A stretch of DNA of 64,000 bases. Origin: Camelus ferus. Lineage: Eukaryota. Location: positions 46,812,001 through 46,876,000 of the forward strand of contig NC_045697.1 of the NCBI RefSeq assembly GCF_009834535.1, given 5' to 3'. The notes beneath the pieces are model-generated. The model did no database searches and was not told the DNA's origin. It saw only the letters and a program-made list of their open reading frames with translations. This document shows, in pieces, positions 24,741 through 37,837 of this stretch. Position 1 is the first letter of the stretch, and every line of letters starts with the position of its first letter. The position numbers were made by a program, and so were the translations under genes.

Positions 24741-26149
24741 TATTATGAGATAGTCGATGCCATAGATACGGCATATGAAATACATGGCATGAAATATGTG
24801 TGTATATATACATACATATATATATGCACATGCAATACAAATAAACACACTAAATATATTAACGATATATACATTATACATACATATATTTATATAATCT
24901 CAGATGATACAGTGACACAACTAAAATGAGACTGCCATGGTGTTAAGAAGCATGTGAGTGTTTTTATAGAAAATATACTTAATATTTGTCAGATTAACTT
25001 AGTCATCAACTGCTTTTCCCTTCTCATTTTGGCCTACCAACATTTTGATTGTTTTATAGATTTTTAGCATTTGCAACCTAAATTGAACAGGAATAAGTCA
25101 GTCATATTCTCTTTGAATAACTATCTTGTTGCTTAGGAGAACTAACAGCATTTCTCATAGAACAGGAAATCAGTACATTTGGGGAGACTGATAGATGAGT
25201 GGATCACTGGAAAGGTATTTCAGTATGACTTCAGGAGCCATGCCAGTTCAGTTTTACATGGAATTCCTTTTACGTGATATCTTTCCTTATACAATTACAG
25301 ATGAGTTTTAAAATACATATACTAAATAAAATAGAAGAAAGATACTATACTGAACAACAACAAAAAATCATAGATAATTGGTAAGCACCCTGCTTAGATC
25401 TTCTGTGAAAAATTCATAAAGTTATTAAAAACAGATGACTGCAATATAATTTCAAGACGTTGTGCTTTATGGTATCAATCTATATTAGACTGCATCTTTC
25501 AAAGCAAAATTCCACTGATGCCCTTGTAGCCCACAGACACATTCATACTCTCAACATATTCCATATGTTGTTTTGTAAAATTACGTATGTAGTTCTACTA
25601 ATACAAGGCCAAATAAACCAACTCGATAGATTGAAAGGAAATTAGTTCAGCCAATCTTTAGTTTTTCTCTAGTTCTGCTACAGAAGCATCTTAGCATCTG
25701 CCATTTTTCAAAGAAACGAGAGACTCCTTAACGTGAGACTGCCTCCCATTCCAGACAAATTAATTTTAAGCCTCTTAGAATACAGCAAGTTACGGAATGA
25801 AAATTCTAACTACTACTGGAAAGGGTATCTTTGTCCTACAAAGTAGAATCGAATTCAGATATTCACTGTGGGTTATTATAGGATGGTCCCTAGACTTGGC
25901 TGCTTCCTCCTGTCTCTCATGCCTGCTGGGCCCCACACTGGAGCTTTTCTGCTTTTCCACTGATGCCCAGCCTTTATCACCACTCTGTGCAGAAATATTT
26001 TTAACTAATTTTACTGTTCTTTTAAAGACCTGGAGCAGAGAATCTAGAAATAGGTTCCAGAACCAAGAAATGAGCCTGAGGTGAAATTAGTTTCTCTGGT
26101 TAATCTGCATTACAGTTTATTTGAATTCTGGTGAAAAGGAATTGATATG

Positions 26150-27260
26150 TTAATCAATATTAATCAACAAATTTTTGTAGTGGTCAAACGTGTAAGCTGA
26201 TGCATGTGCGATGAAACAGACAAATACAAGAGACAGCACCAACCCTTAAGGAATTTATAAATTAATTGAAGTAAGGAAGGGAGCAAAATATTTAACAGCA
26301 TTATAGGGTACATTGTAAGTATCTAATGACTAGTACAGATAATCAGTATTTTAGGAACTCAGACACAGGAATGATCACTGTGCACAGGGCTACTCAAGGA
26401 GCTCATCATGGTGGAAATGGCACGGAGATGTGCAGAGTCCATCAAGGCAGAGAGGAAAGTGGAAAGAAATACTTTAAAGAAAAAAAAAATGTTGGGGGAA
26501 GATATTCTGGGAAAATTCTTTAGTCATCTTCCTTAAAACTCATCCACAATAACAGTATCAGTTAACATTGATTGAGTGCCTCTTTTGTGCCAGGCATTTT
26601 CAAGAATTAGTTCATTGGAACTCAAAACACACTTCTGATTTGGATGCCAAGGTAATTTTACTTTATTGATAAGGAGAATGATGCATAGGTCAGTTTATTG
26701 ATTCATTTAAGGTGACAAAGCTAATACATGGCAGAGAAAGGATGCAAACCATGCCTCACCAGCTTCACACCGTAACAGAACGAACAGAATGGCATTCTTC
26801 GTGCACTGTTACTGGAATCCAGCCCTCCCATCTCTCTTCTACTGCCAGTGATGCCCTTTTAGGCCCTTATCATAACCCACATGACCTCCTGTTACAGCCT
26901 AAAGTGTGGCTTCCCTGATTTTAATCTCTCTCCATTTTATCCTTCATAATGCCCATCCATGTTCTAATCATTCACTCCCTGTTCAAAACCTTTGAGGGAC
27001 TCCCACTCTTAGACGCACACACACACACACACACACACACAATTACACAAACTCTTTAATGTTCTTATATAACCCCAATTTACCTTTTTCATACTTGGCC
27101 TTCCCTACTGTTAATTTGTTTCATTTCAGATTCATTGTATTTGCTTGTCTTTTCCACTAGATCTCCAAATATTTCAGGACAGAAGCAATGACTTCTCCTC
27201 CTCCTTTCTTTAGTTTCTAGTAAAATTCCAAGCATATGGTAGACACTGATCAAATGTTTA
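26150..27260. mobile_element. L2(-), MIR(-) and L2(+) cluster
   Basis: MIR-like 'aacattgattgagtgcctcttttgtgccaggca'; L2 'tcattcactccctgttcaaaaccttt' and the tail 'catatggtagacactgatcaaatgttt'. Confidence 0.65.
27013..27040 (+). repeat. (CA)n microsatellite
   Basis: Read directly from the sequence. Confidence 0.95.
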
Positions 27261-28224
27261 TCTGAATTTTGCTAAATCAGTAACAGTGAGTAGCCTGTGT
27301 TGACCAGAGCAGGAAGGATGTGAAAGGAACAAGTGACAGAAGTGGCAGGGTAGGTAAGGCTGATTGTGGGGGCACCTTGAATACCAGTAGAAGTCTGGAT
27401 TGTAACTTGAAATGCTCTTTGTGCTGAAACATGTTTTGAAGTATACAAGGTATAAAACCAAATTTCATTGTATTGCTCCCTCTGTAAGCCATCCTTTCTT
27501 TCCATATACAAACAGGGGAACATATTTTGCATACCTTAGGAAAATCATCTGCCTGCATCTTTCAGAAGAAGCACTGCTCAATGTCATTCCATGTCATTAT
27601 CACAGCTTCCCAAAATAGTTCTCCTCTCTCAGGGTCTAGGAGTGCTTGCTCCTATGGGTACTAATGCCTCATTTCAGAAGGTACAACAGGTTGTCATTAG
27701 TAGCATAACTGGACATGTTAAACCCTGACATCTCCATCACCTGGAAGTGCATGGGGAAACCAAGCTGAACCATGCCACGGCTCATTGGCAGTGGTGGCTG
27801 GTTCTGCGGCATTGATTCAGACTTATTAGTACTTGTCACTTGCTGTCTCCATTGCTAATAAGATTATACCTGGGCTATCACAGAGTCACATCAAGAGGTT
27901 AGAGTTACCTTCCCTTGGGAAAGAAGGATGCCCTGGTACCCACAATCTGAGAGCACGACCCTTCTTAGCTAATGTTCTGCCTAAGGTCACAATCCTAACA
28001 TTGACAAGAGTTGCTTCCTTTGAGATTCTTTACCCATAAAATGGGAAACAGTACTTATCCAAGATATCTGACAATTTTTGTTTTTTTGGAGGGAGAAAGT
28101 GTTAACTTATTTAATGGATATCAAAAGAGTTAAAGTATAAAGCAAGATTCATAAGGAAGTGAATTTTTATAACCAATCATTATAAAAACCGTTAATCAGA
28201 GTTTTGATAAGAAATTCATATAAT

Positions 28225-28448
28225 AAATTAGGAGTTTGGGATTAACAGATACACATTACATATATGAAATACATAAAGAACAAGAACCTCCTGTATAGCA
28301 CAGGGAACTATATTCAGTTTTTTGTAATAACATATAATGGGGGAAAATCTGAAAAAAAATGTGTATATATAACTGAATTGCTTTGCTGTGTACCTGACAC
28401 ACTGTAAATCAACTACACTTGAATTAAAAATAAAATAATAAAAAAAAA
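28225..28448 (+). mobile_element. Short L1 3'UTR end with A-rich tail
   Basis: 'ggagtttgggattaacagatac...tgtatagcacagggaactatattc...aatcaactacacttgaattaaaaa', homologous to 23380-23610. Confidence 0.9.
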
Positions 28449-29475
28449 CCCTCAAACCATAATTACAACATTGAGGCATTAATATTCTTGCCACCCTTTT
28501 CAGTCTTTTTCTGCTGGGCACACCATTGAAAGGTCTATGAAAGATAGCTTGATGCCATCTGGAAACTTCCACAGTCCTTTATCTCGTTGTTTTAAAACTT
28601 TCTGTCTTTCAGAAGTGTAGTGATAACATTATATAGAGGACAGGGCTCAGGACTGATCATAAGCAATCATCAGGGTTAGGCTCTGGCATTCAGGAGGTCT
28701 CAACTTCTCCATGCCTCAGTTTTCTTATTGGTAAAATACAGCAAGTTAATGAAATCATTGCAAATGTCTCTTCCTGCTATAGCAAATTTCTGAAAATAGG
28801 CCTCAAGAAAGAAAAATGATAAATATTTGATGATAATCTAACAGTTACTTCCATGGATTTTCTTAATTTGTTTCATCGTCAGTTTTTAATAAAGATGAGC
28901 AAGATAAAATTCTTCATCTCAAGAGGTATAAGCTAGTAAGAAAGAAGGGGAAATTTTTTTAAAAGGAAAAGATAAAAGCACTTAATATAAAGCAGAATGT
29001 GGCAAAACACTATTAGAGTTCAAAAGAGGGAAGAAATACAGTCATGTGAAATCAGTGACTGTAATATGTTACTAAAGTGTTAACATATGATTTGAGCCTT
29101 GGGAAATCAATAGCTGTAATCATAAATGGAGAATTAGATGAGGGTGAAAGTCTCAGGAGCACACAACAGCAAAGGAAAAACATCCAGCAGTCCATGGACA
29201 GGGATAAATGTGAAATCTCAGGGCATCTATGACGACACTGAGCAGTACAACCTGGCACACTGAATACCTGTACAGGGCTGTGGAAGATAAGAATTAAGGT
29301 AGGCTGGGACAAAGAATAGAGTCTTGAATGCCAGACACATTGAGCAAGGAGCTCAAATGAAAAGTTTAGAACTGTACTTTAAACTGGTATCAACTGAAGG
29401 ATGAGTGGAGCAAATTAATGATGAGCTCTTACCCAGATAAAAGGGGACAAGATGTGGATCTGTCTGCAGAGACGA

Positions 29476-29529
29476 GAACTGAACTGAGCTCCACTGAACT
29501 GAAATGAAGTGAAATGAAATGAAATGAAC
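29476..29529 (+). repeat. Pentamer repeat (GAACT/GAAAT)n
   Basis: gaactgaactgagct...gaactgaaatgaagtgaaatgaaatgaaatgaac. Confidence 0.85.
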
Positions 29530-29554
29530 AAGACATTGTCCTCTTTCTCAAGGA

Positions 29555-29800
29555 GTGGAATATAGCTTATTGGTTAAAAGGATGACTACTGGAAGCTGAA
29601 GCCTGGCTTCACACTTAGAAACTATGTGACCTTGGGCAAGTTGTTTAACTTCTCTATGCCTTAGTTTCCTTATCTTTAAAATGAAGATAGTAACATTTCT
29701 CACGGCATTATTTTGAAGATTAAGTGAGTTAATATAAGGTACTCAAAAAATTGCCTGCCATATAATAAAGGATTCAATATAGAGTTATTTCTACTTCTAT
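29555..29800 (+). mobile_element. MIR SINE
   Basis: 'ctatgtgaccttgggcaagttgtttaacttctctatgccttagtttccttatctttaaaatg'. Confidence 0.92.
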
Positions 29801-31944
29801 ATAAAATTACACAAAATGAATGAATTCCAGGAGGAGGAATTTTGATAAAGTGAAGGAAAGAAATTTCAAAGAACAAAAAAGAAAAAGAGATCTCTTAAAA
29901 GTGGCTTTTAAGACTCCACCTACGAATATTAGCTCAGCTCAAGACTGAGTACAAGCAACTAGAGTCTTCATCTAATCCCGTAATTTACAGACATGTTTTC
30001 TTTCAGAGGACTAGAACTCCCAGAGCAGAAGAACAAATTACGTATTTTTATATTAAATCAATAAGAAGAGTTCATGGTTATAATAATTCAATCTGTTCTG
30101 CATTACTTTATCAATGATGGAGACAGGAAATATTACGAGAAGCATAATACTTTATCCTTGACTATCTAGTTTTTCTAAGCTATCTTTTTTGATTAAACAA
30201 GAAAGATCTTTTACAACTGAAGATTATATGTACTATTCATAGAATATCTAACATTTTGAATATTTTTTTCTCTTGCCCCCTCTACCATATCTGACTGGGT
30301 TGCCTCTTTCCCAATCTTTGAAAACCCTGAATTTACCCAGGGAACCTGGGAAATTGTAGTAATACAGATTGCCAGTATTTAACATTTGGGGTATTATGAT
30401 TTTAGTCAATAAACTAACCCCTGATAGTTTGTGTCCTCACGTGTCTGAAGCTAAACTCTGAAACACTGCTCTAAGTATCATTATCAAAGCTGCTTCTTTG
30501 TGTTAGCATTATTTTAGCTTTTATCGTCAAAGATTATCCATTTCAAACTGAACACTGCATAGTCACCAGCCTCTCCTGAAAAGCCTGTAATCCTGAAACA
30601 AATCTTCTAAGCAGGATGGAGTTAAATAAAATACTCAGTTTCTAGGACTTGGGACATTTGTCCTAATTTCTCACCTTATGCTGCAGCTCAGTTAATGCTC
30701 GAAAGGCAAGCATGCAGCCAGAAGGCAAGCTCTAAATTCACCTCTTCTCTATCATTGCACCTTTTGAGGCACTTCAACAGAAGATGCACTGACATGCCTA
30801 TTTGCTTTACAGTCAAGCACTGTTTGGAGTAAGTCGAAATCAGAGATCTGGAGACAGATGCTTGATTTACATTCAAACCCTGTTCAAACCTTGTCTACTA
30901 TATTTTTATAAGCTCCTTTATTGTTTGAAAAATAATCCTCAAAATAGCTTCAGTGATGGAGAGTAATTTATTCACACAGCAAGTATGTATTAAGTACCTA
31001 CTATATGCATATCACTGAAATTGATATAGAATGGGGTGAGGGCAGAGGGGAGAGAGGGTGAAGGATGGAATTTTACAAAAATAGTCAATAGGAGGCTTTT
31101 TCTTTGAGGTGTTCAGAATCTAGTTGAGAATACAAACAAGAGTGCACGAACTGTGTATACCTAAAAAACTATGAGCCACAATTTTTCATTTCACCTTCAT
31201 TTTTATTTTCGAGATACACTGAAATGCTGATGTTTAAATTTAAAATCCTCTTTTTATTGAAGAGAGAGAGCAATGTTTGATCTTTATAAGAAACTAGGTA
31301 AAAGGACCTTAGAGAGTGATTCAAATGAAGCCACCATACATAAACAAAAGAAAGGGATCTTTCCTAGTAAATATCAGAAATTGCAAAGATGAAAATGCAG
31401 TTCACTTTTTATAAAGAATGGTTACTTGCTGGTTTGCATTTAGACATATTTGTCAACATTCCCTTTTTCTACTTGCCAAAATTCAATTTGGGTGTGTACT
31501 GTCTCTACCCTTAGTTAGCAACGTATCTATAAACTTCAAACCTCCCCCAGTCCCCGATTTAGGAAAATTGGTATCTGCCCTCCACAAACATTGTGATTGT
31601 TTGAGTACACTTTTCACAACTAATTCTTCTTCTTCTTATATTTCCGTTCCTCAAGTGTAAGGTGAGATCAAAGGGAAACTACATGGCAATGAGTCCAAAG
31701 AGCTGACGGGTCATGGGCTAAAACCTTAGCAACCTGGCACGTGAACTGTGCTTAAAATCTAGGAATGTGGAATTCCATATCTGGAATTTCTACATTAAAA
31801 AAGGGAATTTGTACAGGAGAGAAAAATGTACCAGCTGCTTATTCAATTTCTCATTTGGTCTTTACTGTATTCTCATTCGATTGAGTTAAAATTGTTTTAT
31901 ATCATTTCTGGGTGAGCCAGAAGCTAGACGTATGACCATGTAAC

Positions 31945-32200
31945 CATAATTAGTATAGAGTTTAAGAGCATGGACTGGAGCCAGACTTCCCAGATTTGGA
32001 CCATAGTTCTGCCTCTTATCGGTCATCTAAGCTTTAACAATTTTCTTCACCTCTCTGCATCTTAGTTTCCTTATCTATATAAAGGAAATGATGGTGCCAA
32101 CCTCATAAGGCTGCCGTGAGGGTTAACTGAATTGGTATATGCAAAAGATTTAGAACCCCGCCTGTCACATTCTAAGGATCTCTAAGATTTTGCTCTTTCT
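31945..32200 (+). mobile_element. MIR SINE
   Basis: 'aagagcatggactggagccagact...acctctctgcatcttagtttccttatct...cctcataaggctgccgtgagggttaa'. Confidence 0.88.
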
Positions 32201-33419
32201 ATACTGTTGTTCCTTAAAATAATATCTGGAACCCTACTGCATCTTCCTACTTTCCATAACCATCTTTGCAGAACAGAAAAAAAAAAGTCAGCACTTTTTA
32301 TAATTTTAAAGTACCAAGGTTACCAATATTTTACATCCAATTTCTATGACCTAACAGTTGCCAATATTTTTCTTTACTATGGCTCAAATTAGGTCTACTT
32401 CTGTAGTCTCAACTTTACAAGATGTCAACATAGGGACTATAAAACTCAATGCTAAGGAAACTTTCACTCTTATTTATGTTAACAATTTACATTAAGTATT
32501 CATATTTTAAATTCTTCATAAAACTATGCTTTTTTTTCTTTTTTCCATCAATACAGCCAACAAATACAATTTCTTTTGTCTATTACAACTAAGGGAATCA
32601 GTGAATAACTAGAGAAATTTAACATTCTTCCTCTAAAATCTAAACATAAAATCTTTTAAATCAAAACAACAGGTTAATCCTGGCTTTGGAATCAGAGAAA
32701 TCATATTAAAATGCATACACTATGATTCATTCAAAACCTGAATATAGCAATATATAATCCTATAAAGCCACAGAGATTTTAGATCAGGGCAAAAAAGGTA
32801 AATCAAACCTGAAATGAATGGATTAGCAGAAACAGGAGTGTTACTGTACTATTCCTTTGTATTAAGTAATAGAGAAGCAGATTTTGTCAAATCTTCCTTT
32901 TTAATTCCCATCTGGAAAAGCCTTGCTCTGGAAATGAACAGGTTTGAAGGAATGCCTTTGACATCTGTAAAGTTAAAAGGCATCAATAATTGGAATGGGC
33001 TTAATCCCTCATTCAACAGCAGGTACTTTATATACAATCATAGGAAGTGATGAAAGTCAAACACAGATGTATGAATTGTTAGATTTAATCAGATTGGTTC
33101 TCTCCCCCTGGTTTACTCTACCCTGTTTTAGCTTCTACTAACTTGAGTTAATTAAATAGATGGTCAAATATGTATGGAATAAATCCAGGTCAAAAATCAG
33201 GCTTGAAGTGTCAAATGATAACCTATTTTAACTCCATGAACCACCAAAGACAGAAAGTTTTCATTTATAGTTTTGTGCGTATCATTGTGTATAATAGCCT
33301 ATATTAAATTGAGTCTGTGAAATGGGCCTTATGTTTGCCCCACTGAGATTCTGAAATGACATGAAGAGACTGTGTGTCAAAGGACTGATGGTGGTGGAGA
33401 GGTCAAAATAAACAGAGGT

Positions 33420-33450
<31 letters not shown>

Positions 33451-35419
33451 AAATGAATAAATGAATAAACAGAGGTAGTGGACATGAGATTTAGTGGTTT
33501 AAAACACTGGATATTTATGATGCTTAAAATGGTCTTTGGAGCAGCGTACACTTTCAGTTGCTCTAAAATCCATTCTGTGTTCACAGCTCCAGCTGTTAAG
33601 TGTTCATTTCTTTTCCCACTTGGTTGTATGAAGAGGGAGGAAGGAAGATGAAATTTATAATTATGTAATCAAATAGCACTATCGGTTTCGTAAGAAGTTG
33701 GTTATAAACGTTATGCATATCTAGAAACTTATCCCAAGTATTTTGGGGGGTGTTTTTACTCCAGTTATTTACTGTTACTCTGTCCTATTAGAAGCCTAAA
33801 GAAAAACTTGTAAAACATGCTGGAAAATGTCTCATCAGTACCACTCAGCATATCATTACCTACTGCTAGAATCTTTATATACTGCTTATATGCTCTTGAA
33901 GGTAAACCAAAGACTTGGATAACTTATGTTAGAACTAATATTATGAGAAATGATACGATTTTCTTTTGTTTCTTCATTTATATACAAAATATTTTTTCAA
34001 ACTGTCATGTGAGTGAAGGTGCTCCTAATCTCTAACCTACCATATATGCATGTTAGTTGTCAATAATATTACTTCCCATGATGGTAGAAATATCTTAAAA
34101 TAATTGGGTACCCCAATCAAATAAAGATCTCTATCAGAAAAAGCAAACAAACAAAACTCTTGTTCAGTTTTGTCTCATGGTCATGCAAATAAGATAATTT
34201 TTTTCCTTCATCTCCCATCTTCATTAAATCTTAGTTTCAGTATAAAAAAAAATCTGCAAACTCCATATGCAGCAACCTCTTTCTCTCTCTCCTGACCTCA
34301 ATCCCCACAGTCAGAAAACACATGAAACTTTAAAACTGAATTATTTCTTACCATATGGGATCTGAGAATAAGATCAAACCCAACCTAGACAAATGCCGTG
34401 CAGCAAGTTGACAACTGTTCCTGGAGTCCTGGGCAATGCCTGGGAGAGTGCCTGCCAGGGCCGACTGTTTTCAAACGAGTTTCATTTCTCTAACAATTTA
34501 AATCTGCCAAGAGAAAACCGAGACAATCAAGCTTCGTGCCAAAAACCCCCAAGCTTAAGCTAGAGATGTATCCTCTCTTTAGCCTGCTGATGAGAGAGGG
34601 AGCAGAGGGAGAGGAAAGGATAAAGATTCATAGTGACGGGACAGAGGCTCAAGGACACCTGTGGAATGCCACAGCAGGACAATTCCCGTCCCTAATTATG
34701 TGACTTTGTGGAACTCCACATCCAAAATAGAGAATCCTTTTGTATACCTTCATCCACTCCCTTTACAAACACCCACAACATTTGGGGTTGGATGTTGTCT
34801 GGAATATATCTTCTTCCCATCTCCCCATCTTAGCACTGCCAGGACTGTGTCACTAGAGAGACACCCTATCAGAGAGGCCGCTCCCCAGTAGTCCAATTTC
34901 AGAACATATCTTGGTGCCAAAGAAAGTTTTGCAAGGAAGACTCAACATTGCCTCTGCTTTCAGTTTTCTGGCTTTTTCTTTCTTTATGTCGCCTTGAAAT
35001 CACCCACAAAAAGGAGGCTAATAAGAAAGTCAAACTGTCACATGGACTCTAGTTTGTGAGTAGAGGAGAGAAAACGAGAGGGCTGGTGTAGTTTCCCACA
35101 CAAGAGAGCCATGTGCACTGAGAAAGGGGGAGGACCTGCTTTGCCAACCTGGCACCAGCCTTCCTGGCACCTCATGGTTGAGAAATGAGACCCACTGTTT
35201 CTTACCAGAGGTCCAGGTGGTAAAAATCCATGGTTTATCCAAGCAGACCCCTTCCCTCCTAATCCGAAGATGACAATAAATTGAGATAAAAGGTTGTTGT
35301 AAATATACAAATAAGCTACAATGTGTGCTGTTTTGAGGTAGAAAATTTTCAGAAACACAAGTTTAAGACCTTTCCTGTTTTTTGTAGTCGCTGAAATATG
35401 ATCTTTTGATTCATACCAT

Positions 35420-35650
35420 TCTGGATTCAAATCTCAGCTTCCCACCAACTAGCTCTGTGACTTTAGACAATTTATTTATAAATTGTCTGAGTTTTGGTTC
35501 CATCATTTTAAAAAGGAACATGAAAAACTTATTTCACAGGGTAATTGGGAGGAAAAAATATGAGAAACTTGATTAAAGCACACAGAATTGTTGCAAAGTT
35601 ATTACTGATAGATGGTAGATGGTAAGCACTCAGTAAATGATAGCTATTAG
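35420..35650 (+). mobile_element. MIR SINE
   Basis: 'ggattcaaatctcagcttcccaccaactagctctgtgacttt...gtaagcactcagtaaatgatagctatta'. Confidence 0.85.
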
Positions 35651-35859
35651 TAACTTTCAATTTGGGATAAAAATATGATATTAAATCATCTTGCTTATTT
35701 TGGTCTTAAAATAATCGCTGGAAATATTTTGCTTTTGAAATTCTTTCAAGAGATTTTCTCTCAATCATCTTCAATTAATCCTGGAAAATCCATTACTTAC
35801 TATATGACATCAGAGGAAAGAACAGCTTTAAAATCACAATTGAGAGAGAGTTTGAAACA

Positions 35860-36330
35860 GACGCTGTGCTGGGAGTAAACTAAGACGACCTTTCTGGAGG
35901 ACAATTTGGCAATACCTGTGAAGCAATCAGAATTCCATTTCTAGAGCTGTGTCCAAAAGGCATGATCAAGATAAAGCTCTAAGGATGTTCACTGCCATTT
36001 GCTAAAAATTGGAAAGCATCTGTATGCCCATCCTCAGAAAATTGCGTGAATACATTATGATACATCCAGTGAAGCATTATGTAGCCATTAAAAATACTGC
36101 AGAAAAAAACTAAATGACCTAAAGGAATAATCACATAGTAAGTGAAAAGACACATTGAAAAACAACATTACAATATCCCATTAAATATATATATATATAT
36201 ATATTTCTTAGCAAAAAAATATTGAAAGGATACACACCAAAAGATTAACATCTTTATAGCAGCACAGTAGGATTATGGTTGATTTGATTTGGGGGTTTTT
36301 GTTTTTCAGAGATTTAAATTATTTTTTGCA
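35860..36330 (+). mobile_element. Old L1ME-like 3' fragment
   Basis: 'ctttctggaggacaatttggcaata...aattccatttctag...aaggatgttcactgc...tatgtagccattaaaa'. Confidence 0.75.
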
Positions 36331-37755
36331 AAACATGTATTGGTTAGTAAGTTTAAAATAATATAAATGAATTTTCTTGAGTTAAAAGTTGTCCTATTTC
36401 ATTAAAAATTTGGAAATGTAAATAATAATATATAAGTCCACATACACTTACCCACACATATTTATTCACATTTTCCCTCAAATGCCAGTATATTGACATA
36501 CATTATGCTGGTATACAGAGGCATACTTTCAGTGATAAATAAAAATGCCTGCTAATTTCTCACAGAAAAACTGCGTATTCTTCAAATATTCCTTTAAAAT
36601 CCAATTTTAAACCCTATTTAAGAAATAGTTTCAGGATATCTTTTAATGCCTCTTCCTTGTGAAATCTTGAAATGCTGCTGACCTTGCATAATAATTTTTC
36701 CCTTACAACATATTAATTATTGTTCTGGCACCTCTGGCCTACTCATGAAATCAATGAAGTGTGAAATGCCTCTGTGCAGAGTAATATTTCATATTTGGTA
36801 CTTTCTGTATTAATTACTTTTCTGTTTTTGCTAATCCAGTCAGAAAAAAAAACCCCACTTAATTTCGTAAGAAACTGTCAATGAAGAAAACAGCAAACAA
36901 GTCCCATTTGCTAACCGACTAAAAGCTGCTAAGAGGAGAGATACTTCTAAACCTCTTTTATTGTCACGGCATCTTCTTATGTAAGCCTGCTGCTTACTAA
37001 GGGAAGGTCTTTATAGCAGTGACGGGCTTTCTTGTGCTGAAAATAACAGATGTGAAGTCTGAGAAACAAGTAATCTAAGTCATATCTCATTATTTTGAGC
37101 CTGAAATCCAAAGTAAAATCCAAAATCCAAAGTCCAATTCAATGTCAACAAAAGAAGGCACATGAAGTACAATTCAAAAATTTAGTAATTTGCCAAATGA
37201 TAATCTGCAAAGAGAAAAAATAGGAAGGTGCCACTATATCAAAATTCTGTTTAGTTGCCATTTCAGCTGCTAAACAGTTAAAATATAAATCAGTTTGACA
37301 ATCAAAGCAGCAGTTTTAATCCTGAATTCTAGGAGCCTATGTGCTCCTTCTCTCTTTCTCCCCATCTCTCTCTTTCACTTTAATGCCAGTCATGCAGCCT
37401 GAACAAAAAAATTCAGGTGTGACATTTCTTGATTCAAGAGCTGTGTTAAGCAGTTATAAAGCTGCTGTAATTTACAACAAAGAATAAAACTAACCTAAGA
37501 TACCTCAGCCCCAATTTGCTAAAACTTATTACACCTCATTGGCCACTGAATAGCCAAAAGAAGCAAAAAGAATAAAAAAACTTATCTGAATAAGAAACTT
37601 TACTAGCATTAGCCTAATGAGAAATGATTGGCTTAAAATTGCTCCGGCTACATTGATAGGTTCAGCTTAACACTATTTATGATGTTATGATTTCCTATTT
37701 CCTGAGTTATATAAAAGCCAAAGCAGCTACTGAAACAATACCAATGAGTCGATAG

Positions 37756-37837
37756 ATGTTTTCAGATGTCTGTTTGACTCCTGAGTCTAGTTAAATGTTT
37801 TCAGATGTCTGTTTGACTCCTGAGTCTAGTTAAATGT
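37756..37837 (+). repeat. Perfect 39-bp tandem duplication
   Basis: ATGTTTTCAGATGTCTGTTTGACTCCTGAGTCTAGTTAA twice, followed by ATGT. Confidence 0.97.

Noticed and set aside
30813..30828. 16-nt plus-strand exon-like unit (tttacag|TCAAGCACTGTTTGGA|gtaagt)
   Set aside because: Not frame-preserving and has no other support; shows the chance rate of such patterns.
32814..33050. Overlapping ORFs on both strands with an imperfect hairpin
   Set aside because: No homology recognised, and the stem is too short and imperfect for a pre-miRNA.
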